Shown here in pieces: positions 39,126-50,868 of a stretch of 64,000 bases of DNA. The notes beneath the pieces were generated by a model that was not told where the DNA came from, searched no databases, and worked only from the letters and a program-made list of their open reading frames with translations. The DNA comes from Chrysomallon squamiferum (Eukaryota; Animalia; Mollusca), in contig CM022676.1 of assembly GCA_012295275.1 (NCBI GenBank), positions 11,160,001-11,224,000 of the forward strand. Direction: 5' to 3'. Position 1 is the first letter of the stretch; each line of letters opens with the position of its first letter. Made by a program: the position numbers and the translations under genes.

Positions 39126-42100
39126 GTATAACAATATTAATCGCGTAAATAAAATATTCCGCATATATAAAATATAAACATGTTTTTGAAAATCTTAATA
39201 TATTACTATAAATCAGTTTAAAATAATCTGTCAGACATTTCCTACTGTAAAAGAAAAATGTCTTTCAGAATAAAACATTTTGAAATAATTAATATGATAA
39301 ACCTACTATTTAAAAAAAAAAATACATTTTAACATATGATGTAAATAAATGTACCTTTCTAAGAAAAACACTTTGTCGTATGTTAGTTATATGCCCACCA
39401 TATTGAAAAACCCCCACTATATTCATTTTGTCTTTGAACATTTTGACATATTTTTATTATAAAGTTACCATTGTAAATAAAACATATTATAATATAAATT
39501 TAATGTTCCTGCTAAAACTGACAACTGTGTGTGCCTGACAGAAAGACAGATACAAAGAGAAACAGAGAAAATATGCAGATATATAATACCAGTATGCTTG
39601 CTTGCAGCAGGGAGCAAAAGAGATAAAAAGATAAAAAGCAAAATGCAAGCAAACAAGGAATGAAAGAAGAATATGTAAAATAGAAGACATTCTTCATATA
39701 GACAGAGAAGAAGAAAGAAAAAGGAAAAACGCAATTAAACAAGATGTCAGATTACATGGAATCCAACAGTTTTTTGTCCTAATTTCCTCAAAGTTTCTTC
39801 TGTAAAACCTGAGTCATGTATGAACTGCTTGCTATCCTTCATTGGCTTTGATTTATAGTATAAATCACCATTAATGTACCAGAAAGTTTGGTAGTACAGT
39901 GTTTTTGAAAGAGACATTTTACAAAGAAAACGATAAGCTTGCTTTTGTTCTATCATTTCAAGTGTCGTTTCTAGAATCGGTTTTCCACTTATAGATGGAG
40001 CCTCTGAAACAAACTAGTTATTACTTATACTCTGTATATACACACATACATTTACAACTACCACTTTAAGATGTTCGTAGCCAAAGCTAATCATCACTTT
40101 AATGTATTTACTTTTGTCTAAGTATATCACTATATACATCTGTGTGTCTGTGTGTGTGTGTGTGTGTGTGTGTTTGTGAGTGTGTGTGTGTGTGTTTATG
40201 TTTGTATATACACCACATACATATCCAAGTGTGTCAATACATCTGATTAAAAATTGCATGTATTCCAGTTGGCATTGCAAAACAAAAGTGTGTGTGTTTC
40301 TGTGTGTTAAGTACTAATTACGGACAAATTATCAGTCTACTTACGAATTCCGCTAACTTTTTCTGAAAAAATATTTTTAAAAAAATAAAATAATATATAT
40401 ATGTGTGTGTGTGAGTGAGTGGTATGTCATATAAAGATAGATAGATAGATAGATACCTATTCCTACACATGCAGGGCTTTCATAGTTCGATAATTTAAGA
40501 GTCGGGTTTTCGATGTTTTTGAACATACTATCTGGTTCAACTTTTATTTGTTCAGTATACATTTCTTGTTGTATAGCAGTTGGTTCTGTCCACATGATTA
40601 TGGAGTTCAGTTTGTAGCTTCTATATGAACATTTAGCACGGATTCAATGAACACAAGAGTGAAGTTTAAAATTAGAAGCATGTTTTCTAAAATCCTTTTC
40701 CATACACATATAAACAGAAAAAAATAAATGTCTAACACATTTGACATTATTATTTAAAAGAATTATATTCAATATTTATATTTCATTAATTTTGTTTAAA
40801 AAAAAACATGAAACAACAACAACAGTAACAAGAAGAAAGAAAAGGATTTCAAGAAGGTGGAGATGGAGAAGTTAGAAGAGGTTTTACAAAAGAAAAAAAA
40901 AAAAAAAAACAGAAAGGAAAAAGAAGAAGAAGATGTAAAAATAAAACATGAGATACCAATGCAGTAGGCTGACATATAATATGACCGTTTTAGATGAAAC
41001 ACAGTGAACAAGCCACAGTACTGAGCCTCAATGTAGAAAGGACCAAAACAGGCCGATTTACCAAAAAGTGTACACATCTTCAAAACAACTTTGGGTTTCT
41101 TCTTTGACGGCAGTTCTGTCAAATATACTTGTCATTCAATATAATATTGATCACGAATGCAAGGAATTATTTTAATAAAGTTATGTAAACAAACAAACAA
41201 TTAAGAAGTAAGTAATAAAAACAAAAAAAGAAGAAGAAGAAGAAAGATAAATAACAACATATAAACAAATAAATAAATAAAAGGAGCTATATCTGAACAT
41301 TTCTCTGTCAGTGCTTGATCATGAATACAATTTGAAAATCCTTCTCTTCAACTGTCAGAAATATTTCATAAAAAAATATGTAACAGACACACCAAAAATT
41401 ATTTGTATACATCAATGTGTAAATGTTGTATTTACTACCTGATGGTGTGTACATAGGATAGAGTGTTGCACACTTGTACTTCTCTGGTTTCTCCGTGAGA
41501 ATCTGCAAACCTTTCTCTCCATACCAGCCTTCCCTTATGAATCGATCATTGATTTCATATTCATCTGATCCAACTTCATAATTTTGGTCTCTTCTTTCAG
41601 AATTCGGGAAAGGTTTATGGTTTTTGCAAGGATCTTCGCAACGAATTAACAAGATTATATAAATACAAGCAGCAGCAATAACATCAGTGATAATGATGGT
41701 GATATGTACATATGGAAATATAGATTTGTATATACATTTATAAGTATATGCATTCGTGTTTTGATGAGTACACAAGAACAGAAACACGACGATGTCTATA
41801 CTTGTACAATGACAAAAATTTCCACGAATACTGACTGAAGCATGTTAAATAAGGTAATGATCAATTAAGATAAACTCTATTATTTTAGGAAATACGAGGC
41901 TAAATAACTGTCTTTGCATCTAAGAAAAAAATAACAGAAGAAAAAAATAAAAACATCGATTTTCTACTAGCCAAAGGAGAGACGATACTTCTTTGGAAAA
42001 AAAATCTTTATAATCTAAAACCTGAAATAGAAACTCACAGGAAAGAAAAACAACAACGACAAATAATATTGAGAAAGTGAATTAGTATTTGTGTTACAAC

Positions 42101-42237
42101 ACCTCCACACATTCATTATTAACAAAGATTAGGTGTCAGTTACTTTTGCTTAACGAAAAACCCAGCTTCCCAAACACACAGGAAATCTTCTCTCATAGCA
42201 CTAGATGAAACATAGCTAGACAGACAGACAGACAGAC

Positions 42238-42330
<93 letters not shown>

Positions 42331-42426
42331 CTTATCAGTCAATAATACCTAATAAATAAAATTACCTATTTCATTTGACAATGGTAGCAATGCAAGAAGC
42401 AGAATTAACAAATATTTGAAGGACAT
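24733..42426 (-). CDS. Copy B: secreted VWDE-like / FReD fusion protein, 22 exons plus 1 candidate exon, about 1166 aa after correcting one -1 indel
   Basis: Exons: 42426-42366, 41633-41439, 41115-40957, [candidate 40585-40457], 40362-40345, 40003-39756, 38986-38900, 38570-38214, 37908-37820, 37218-37155, 35271-35089, 34930-34734, 34497-34209, 33385-33212, 32748-32571, 32240-32051, 31614-31351, 30925-30820, 30017-29888, 29407-29287, 26251-26106, 25600-25441, 24816-24733 (TAA). All junctions are GT-AG with phases matching A and C. Begins MSFKYLLILLLALLPLSNEI and ends SWFNTPRLVPVKFITMSIRPRN*. Exon 15 is 190 nt versus 191 in A and C. Confidence 0.9.
29430..29682. repeat. About 66-bp tandem repeat, about 4 copies, copy B intron 18
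   Basis: aaacaaataaaatataataataaccactttttctttgttattattatttaaatcacataaataaat repeated. Confidence 0.85.
30229..30740 (+). mobile_element. Tigger/pogo-derived non-autonomous element, copy B intron 17
   Basis: Ends CAGTGGAACCTC..GGTTAC and GTAACCCCAGTTCCACTG|TA; sub-terminal TTACGAA repeats; internal KYKRVTVEVKKEIIAKHES (about 30617-30673) matches the Tigger/CENP-B N-terminal HTH start. Not present in the A or C intron. Confidence 0.8.
35500..35770. repeat. 36-38-bp minisatellite, copy B intron 9
   Basis: gtgtacatgtatacactgtagttgtgtgtgtgtctta, about 5 copies; related to the long array at 57985-59100. Confidence 0.8.
40345..40362 (-). CDS. Copy B 18-nt micro-exon (exon 4)
   Basis: ttttcag|AAAAAGTTAGCGGAATTC|gtaagt, phase 1-1, encodes EKVSGI. 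Confidence 0.7.
42219..42325. repeat. (AGAC)n/(AG)n microsatellite in copy B intron 1
   Basis: Direct reading. Confidence 0.95.
42366..42426 (-). CDS. Copy B exon 1, signal peptide
   Basis: MSFKYLLILLLALLPLSNEI+G|gtaat; basic N-terminus plus hydrophobic core; 61 nt. Confidence 0.8.
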
Positions 42427-42456
42427 TCTGTGCTGCAGATGAACATATTAAATATG

Positions 42457-42464
42457 TTTATATA
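42457..42464 (-). promoter_or_regulatory. Candidate TATA box of copy B
   Basis: TATATAAA about 31-38 nt upstream of the ATG; paralogous to the copy A motif. Confidence 0.4.
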
Positions 42465-43376
42465 AACATTTTTCTATTAACATAAATATCAAATTCATTT
42501 TTTGATCAAACTGAAAACACCACCTGTCACACTGTTCTCGAATAAAAATAAACAATTTATATTTATATTTGAATATGTAGTATAAATCAGTGTTTGAATG
42601 TTTGAAATAAAAACAAAAATAAAAAAAGATAAAATAAAATAAGACTTAACACAAGACACAATGTAATCACATTACTGCAATGTTTTAGATCATACTGAAA
42701 TCTGCTTAAGGGAAAATAATTTGGCCACATGGAATAATGTTGTGTTGTTTTTTTTATGCCCTTTTCTTCTTGCAGTCCTAAAGAGGTGCTTTTATTTTAT
42801 TTTATTTTATTTTATTTTAAATATTTTATTTTATTTTATTTTATTGTTTATTTTTTATTTTATATTTTTTGACATGGTGCTTAATCCATATCTATTTCAA
42901 AAAGGAGAATTAACTAAACTGTTAAACTGAATGGGTTGTGTACTAAGAGCACTGGATCCTCCAAAAAGCAATGACATTATTAATGATCATATCAGGAAAT
43001 ACACTTTCTTACAGTTAAAAGACAGGATAACAAAATTAAGTAAAGCTTAGCATGCTATAAAATATCAGCTTTTTGTTTACATGCATGTCAGTTAAAAAAG
43101 CCCAAGATAATCTTAGTTTCGATCCTACCCTTCTTAGCAGATATTCTATTCAGTATTTTGCAATGCTTTTTGTTTCAATGATATAAATTATATACATTGT
43201 ACACACATAAAGCACGGCCTTTTAAGATACTGACTGATGTCATAAGTGATAAAACAATATTCCTGTTGTATTTACATTTAATGTACATCTCTGCCTGTGT
43301 GTGCATACAGATTACTGCTGATTAAAAACATCTTATAATATATAATATTGTGGTACATATATTACAGTACTTGGTA

Positions 43377-43715
43377 CAGGTACCAGACCAATTATCCGAC
43401 TCTTTGGGGCCTGAGGCATTCCGGATTTCTTGATTTTCCAGTTTTCTGCTGCCAAGGCATCTAAATACGTAAATAATTTGATATAAACATCCTAAAATTA
43501 AAAGAAAATTGAGAAAATTGGTGATACACAACTGTGACGACTCAATATGTAAACAATGCGGCGAGTGAATGAACGCCACGCGGCTTGAAAATGTAGTTCC
43601 GGCCTGGTGAGAACAACACCCGCGCACGCGAATTATTAAAATTGCGTCGGAAAAAAACTTCCGGTTTTCTGGTCTTTCTGGATTTCAGGACTCCAGATAA
43701 TTGGTCCAGTACCTG
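43377..43715. mobile_element. Tc1/mariner-pogo type MITE (about 340 bp)
   Basis: Imperfect TIRs: ta|CAGGTACCAGACCAATTATCCG ... CAGATAATTGGTCCAGTACCTG; internal ccggatt/ccggtt sub-repeats. Confidence 0.7.
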
Positions 43716-43962
43716 CATACATGCATATCTTAATTGAAACCTTACAAAACAAATTAACAAACAGTGATAACATTTCTGATAGATATAAATATGGACTCAT
43801 TTCAGGTACCTACATTACATATTCTCATGTTATTAGTTTATACATATCAGGAATTATATATTTATATATTAGTTTTTGTTTGTAAAATGTATATATGTGC
43901 GTTTATGATTTATTGTTCATGTATATATATGTGTGTGTTTATGATTTATTGTTTATTCATAA

Positions 43963-44594
43963 GGGTCATTCCATGTCAAATCACCCCCAAAAATTTAAAA
44001 ATTTAGACCCGACCGTCTCAGATTTTTATGACACTTGCTATGCTTGTTGACTGAGATCCCACAGCACCAAATCTGAAATTTTAGGCCAATCGGACCAGTG
44101 GTGTGGGAGATATGTCCCCCAAATTTTGAACTTTTCGGCAAAAATGGGCATGACCACCGACCTTTGAACCCTCATATCTCAGGAACTTTATTGTTCAGTT
44201 TTATATGTTTTAGTTAACATGTGGGACATTAAATTTCAATAAAGGTCATCTCAAGGTCATGTGATCCACAGTGTCAATTTCAAGGTTATAACAAAGGACA
44301 AAAGGTCAGTGACCCCCAAATTTGGAATCCTTGTCATATTGCTTTTTCAACAATTCCAATTTTATGAAGATTGGCCCAGTAGTTTCTGAGATATGAGGGT
44401 TCAAAGGTCGGTGGTTATGCCCATTTTTGCCAAAAATCTCGAAATTCGGGGGGCAATATCTCCCACACCACTGGTCGGATTGGCCTAAAATTTCAGATTT
44501 GGTGCTGTGTGATCTCAGTCAACAAGTATACGAAGTTTCATAAATCTGAGATGGTTGGGTTTAACCCATGGGGTGATTTGACACGGAATGACCC
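43963..44594. mobile_element. Non-autonomous TIR element (Sola2-like), 632 bp, 4-bp TSD ATAA
   Basis: ATAA|GGGTCATTCCATGTCAAATCACCCC ... GGGGTGATTTGACACGGAATGACCC|ATAA, with about 220-bp imperfect TIRs. GRG termini plus a 4-bp TSD are features described for Sola2. Confidence 0.85.
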
Positions 44595-45798
44595 ATAACA
44601 ATCAAGCAAAATAAAATATCTGGCTATTAGGTGTCATTCTGTATTTATGTCTGATCATGTTAAGAATGAAAATTAAAATGTTTCAGCCCCATCTACCCTA
44701 AAATATAATTTACAGCAAAGCTGGTGATGTGAGTTTTAATCCACTCGTTGAATTAATATGCCACAACCCACAGGATAACTGTCACAAAATTGCTATTTTG
44801 TTTTAAATTACAAACAGCCAAATTCCAGAAAATTTCATGGGTGACCATTACTCATTTTGAAATTAGTTTTGAAATTATGGTTGATCAAATGCAGGACCCT
44901 TCGACCCATTTTTGGTACTTGCAACTATATCAAGATGCTTTGGGCTATTTTTGAAAGCTAATAACTTTATATATTGATCTGAAATATGCTATGTTACACA
45001 CTTCATACTTGGAGAATCATTTTGTAAATATTTGTGATAGTTTTTGACCAGGAGACAGACTGTAAAAACTAAGCAGAAAAAGGGAACAAATAAACAGAAA
45101 TTTTAGACATGACGTTTAATAAAAATCAGTTATTTTTTCCAAAATTTCAATTATCTGATGTCAGATTTTCATTTAGTTTGTTGTTAAATTTTCAGTTATC
45201 TGTTTTCTGTTACCACTTACAGTCATCAGATGTGAGAAATCTGGTTTCTGTTTGAATCTAGTGTAAAATCTAATAGAAAATTCAGATATTTCTCTCTGCT
45301 GTTAAATAACATTGTTACTGCATGTATTTTTTTAGTTTGCTGATCAGTTCCTCATTATATAAAAAATCTTGTGCAATCATGTATTTATATCATCTAAATG
45401 TTTAGCAAATACTGTATATGTACGTACATATGCATATAACTGATTCATATTTTACACACATTGTGTTTAAATAAGTAAGAAAGAACATGCTGTGTAGAAT
45501 GAACAGAATCATGTAAAAAAGCAATTTGTTATAAAACATCCACAGGACCCAGTAAAACATAACTGAAACTAAATAACAATAACAATGATAATAAATAAAT
45601 AAGTTTAATTTATTTATATTTTCAAATAAAAGTTAAAAAAGGGTCTCTGTAATTCCTTTCAAATAAAATTTTATATTAAAAGAAAATAATAATAATAATT
45701 AAAAATTAAAAAATAAAGATGTTTATTCGAATAAAAAGAAAAAGAAAAGAACAAAAAAGAAGATATATTCATTTTATTGGTGTTTAACCAGATTTTTT

Positions 45799-48700
45799 TT
45801 ATTCTCTAGGCCTCACTGCCATGGAAATGTATTTCACAGTCCCAGTATTTCTGTTTTGAAACCATGACATTCTGGCAAAGGAAAAAAAAAAAAAAAAAAT
45901 GGGAAATAAAAATATATATATATACATATATGTATAAATGAAATTATGTATGTATGGAATTTAGGACAATACCTCATTGAACAGTACCTCAATTGATAAT
46001 TTGCTTACTGGACCTTCAGTAAAGTGAGAAATAGGAAAACTGTTCACCTTTAAGTGGTTTTTCAGAAATAAAATGTTATTGATTATTTTATTAATAAGAA
46101 TGTTAACAAAACATAGAATTTCTAAAAGCCCAATTTCAGAGTCGTGTCAATTACACAGTTCACTTAAACAACTGTCTATTTAAGGTGACAGTAACTTCTC
46201 ACTATGATTATCTCCCACAATATTCACTTGTGTTTAACTGATGCACTGAGCAAGTTTCAAATTAATTTTGTTATTTTATTTATTTCTCAGAGATTCCCAC
46301 TCCTACCCACCAATTTTCTGGTGAGGTATTGTCCACTGAGCAATTGTCTGGTGAGATATCGTCCACTGAGCAATTGTCTGGTGAGGTATTGTCCACTGAG
46401 TAACTGTCCAGTAAGCAATTGTCTGGTGAGGTATTGTCCAGTGAGGAGCTGTCCACTGAGACAATTGTCTGGTGAGATATCGTCGACTGAGCAACTGTCC
46501 AGGGAGCAATTGTCTGGTGAGGTATTGTCCACTGAGTAACTGTCCACTGAGCAATTGTCTGGTGAGGTATTGTCCACTGAGCAACTGTCCACTGAGCAAT
46601 TGTCTGTTGAGATATTGTCCACTGAGCAACTGTCCAGTGAGCAATCGTCTGGTGAGATATCGTCCACTGAGCAACTGTCCACTGAGCAATTGTCTGGTGA
46701 GATATCGTCCACTGAGCAACTGTCTGGTGAGATATCGTCCACTGAGCAACTGTCCACTGAGCAATTGTCTGGTGAGGTATTGTCCACTGAGTAACTGTCC
46801 AGTGAGCAATTGTCTGGTGAGGTATTGTCCACTGAGCAATTGTCTGGTAAGGTATTGTCCAATGAGCAGCTGTCCAGTGAGCAATTGTCCATACCCTGTA
46901 TGTAAGTGTCATTGACACAAACACGTTTTATACATATGCAATTAGAATGACTACGACAACAATGAAGAAAAAGAATTATGGTAATGATAATAATTTTATG
47001 AGAAAAAGAAGAGAGATGAAGAAAAAGAAGAAGAAAGAAGACTATTACTATTTAATATTTATGTCATTATATTTCTACTATGTACATTTGTTTTCTCCAA
47101 TTAAAGTGTGATGCTTACCATCAAATAGTTTACATCTGAATATTTTCCTGTTGGGTTAACATAACCACAGGCATTAAACCAGAAACCACCACCATACATT
47201 TCAGCACAATTCCACCTACTGTTATCATTATCATGATCATAAGTTGAGAAAGACATGTTATTCTGAGAAAATTCTCGACTGAAAAAAATCAGTTAAAGAA
47301 TATATAACTGGTGTGTGTACGTATATGTTCTGCATATTGTTATGTATGTAAGACATATTTGTTCATATATTTGTACATATAAATTTTGTAATACTTGTTA
47401 CAGTACCGAACTTGATTTTAAACTCATGATATTATGTATTTCACTAGCACAGGAGCAAATTTGCATTTTTGGAACCAAAATTAATCTTGCCAAAGGTTTG
47501 TTTATCAGCTACACTTTTAAAATTCATTTTTGTTTGTACCAGCAAGTTAAAAACTTCAGATGCTCCCATATTTGTCTGTTATACTACTGTCAACTAGTGT
47601 TTTCTTTGTCAGGCAATAACAGGAAACAGTTGTATTAATTAAGTAGCTACACTGTCAGATATTTGGTTCACTTGTGATTACACAGTCTGTGAAAAGCAAA
47701 AATGACGCCAGTGAATGATATCAACAGCACCGATGTCAGGAGATGTTACAGTTCTATGTAAGAATTAAGCTATAGTTTAAATAAAACAAAAGATCTAGTA
47801 TTATTAGTCAAAGTAATTACAGTTAGAAAGAAGATATTTAATACAGTTTAGAAAAAATCACACAATCTTACTATAAATTATTAATAGTTCTGTCAACTGG
47901 TACAGTTTTTGTTATATGGCCTTTATACTGAAAAAGAATGGATCAATGTGGTATAAAATATTTGCATTTTGTTTACATATGCAAATGAATTTTAGTTATT
48001 AATGTCATATCAGTATTTTTCATGTTATGAAAATCAATTAAATGATAACTCCATAAATAACTAAAAAATATAAAACAAAGTTATATAAAAGCAAAATAGA
48101 GAATATTTTTAACCCCAAATTTTCAGCAAGAGACTAATACGGACAACATCATAAGCAGAATTTTTTTTAGATGAAACAAACATGGTTGAAGTATGAGCAA
48201 CTGCATAATTAATTGTTTTTGTTTTTGTTTTCTTTTTTCATTTTTTTTTAACAATTATTATGTTTTCTTTCTTTCTTTCATTCAGTTCTCCATCTTAGCT
48301 GATTCTCTTGTAATACACAGCTCATGAATGCTTTCATTATGGATTTTCACGTCTTAGTCCCAGATATGCATACTTTGATTTATTTATATAAAACATATTA
48401 ACCTATTTTGTAGTTGGAAGTGAAGTGTTTGGATTTAGTTTCATTCTTTTTTAATATTAACTGTGAATGAAAACTAGTATCTAGATTACGTATTTTACAA
48501 AAACACATGAAGTCAGTTGAAAAAGTCTAAATGGTCCTAAACTGCCAAGAAAGCAAGAGAGACTGTAAGAATGTAAACAATTTACATACTCTGAGAATGG
48601 ATCACTTGCAGTTCCTGAATATCCTGAAACATGTATGCGGTACAACTGTTTTTCACTATCCACATAGAAGTTACTGTATTTAGCATATTTTTGTTGATCT

Positions 48701-50185
48701 TTCCAGAAAACAAGATCAACTCTCATCTCCATATTCTGTAATTGTGAGACAACTTCTCTTAGTACAACTAACAAAGAGGTAGCAGTAATAAATAATGACC
48801 AGAAAAATAAAAACAACAAATTAAATTAAAATAATAATAATAATAATAACAACAACAACGACAATGACAAAACAGCAACAAATAATCATCACTGTGATCA
48901 TAAAATATAAACCATCTAAAAATTATATTATTATTTATTTATTTATTTATTTACTTTTCATTTTGTGAAATATAATCACTTGTTTCATACACACACACAC
49001 ACACACGTGTGATTTTGGCTTTCATTTTTCCTTAATAACTCCCTGTATATAAATCTAGAGAACTCATCACCAGTTTACAAGCTATATAATAAGCATTATA
49101 GTACACGCTAGATCATGTCATGTCATCAAACCCATAAACCTATGTAAACAGCATGGCCAGTGTCATATAAGAAAAGGATTCTTGAAACCTGTGATGATGG
49201 AAGCACATTATAACCTGACCTCACTTGAATGGAAATGTGCTAGCTGTGCTGCACACTAATGTGCAGAAAATTAGCTCAACTTGCCAGAAAGCAAGTGCAG
49301 CAGGTGCAAAGCGATGTATGTACTAAACATAATTAAAATCCATGTTGAGTTACAATGCTTAGTGTAAGCCTCAGTATTTTGCTGCTTTCTGATTAGTAAG
49401 AATCACAACAGTAATTCTGAGTAGCTATGCCAGTTTCATTAGAAAGATTTCTTTTTTAAACCGGTGACTTCCGAGAGAATATTAACACTTTGCTATTAAC
49501 ACATTTTCCACAAGCAGCAGAATAATTCTTCAAAATATTTGCCTTTTGGTTTAAAATATTTCACAGAGTTAATAATTAATAAATAATTTGACTCTGCTGT
49601 TCTAAAGCTAACTAATATCTCTGCATGACTAGAGTTTGTTATTTACAATTGATAATGTTTCAGTAAACAAAATGATGAAGAGACCTCAAATATCCAAAAT
49701 CCATACATGCATATGAAGATATAATATATTGTATTGCTCATTTACGCTTAGTTTAGCTTTCAAAAACAGTTTTTTGTGTTAGTCTTATTTGAATGATATA
49801 AATTACCTTAGCTGATGTAAAGAGATGAAGATTTTCATTACCCCACCAGAAACTTTTGCTTAGTTTTCCAAATCCGTTCTTATATGAAGACCAACTTCTG
49901 TTGAAACTGACATCAGCATTTACTCGTCTGAGTACAAATGAAAATAAACAAATGAATGAATAAATAAATAAATAAATGAATGAATGAATGAATGAATGAA
50001 TGAATGAATGAATGAATGAATAAATAAATAAATAAAAATAATAAAATAATACCTGAAGAAGACTAGCCATCCTCCACCATCTGTTTTCATATCACATTTA
50101 GCAAGAACTTCTCGATGATTTTCAGGCATGTTTATCATGTATGCACCACTTTTCCATTTGATTTGTCGACAGGTATTCTTTGCTT
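45799..50185 (-). other. FReD-encoding exons 18-22 of copy C
   Basis: Same canonical FReD motif series; exon lengths 133/121/146/160/84. Confidence 0.9.
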
Positions 50186-50812
50186 CTGAAAAAATATACA
50201 TACACACATACACTCACAATAAAATGGGTGTAACAAACACCTTATATAGCAAAAATATTATCTAATACTGAAAATGCTAAAATGTTCAAAACTGATGAAA
50301 CATATACATATTGCAGAGTGAAGGCAAAAGAAATATGGAGGAATAGCCGTTTTTGTGGGACTATTTGCTGTGGAAATGGGCATTGATAATTCTAATCACA
50401 CCAGGAAGACCCGTCTTTCAAAAATGGTTCAAAAAGACTGTACAGAAAAACTGCTTGTAGGACAGTTACTACACTAGCTCCTTTCCTTCCTCCTCTTCTC
50501 ATTAATTCTCTGTCACCCTTCTATATCTCATCCTTGCATCTGAACAATACTGAACTAAGATAAAAGGTGGGTTTTCTTAGATTATCTTTTTCTTCTTCTT
50601 TACCTTATTACTCATCTATTATTTTATGACCTTAAATGTATATTTATACACTATCTTAGATGGTGGTCATTTCAGAGTCTCAAACAGATTATCCCTGTTT
50701 ACTTCAGAGAATGCTACAACTAACAACTGCTGTAAAGAATGAGATTTAGTAAATAAAGAAGCAGTTAGATTCATTATAGGACACATCAAGTACTACTACT
50801 ACTACTACTACT

Positions 50813-50868
<56 letters not shown>

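Noticed and set aside
46204-46924. Overlapping 150-214 aa ORFs (WTIPHQTIAQ, DNCSVD)
   Set aside because: Products of 15-bp repeats in intron 21 of copy C.
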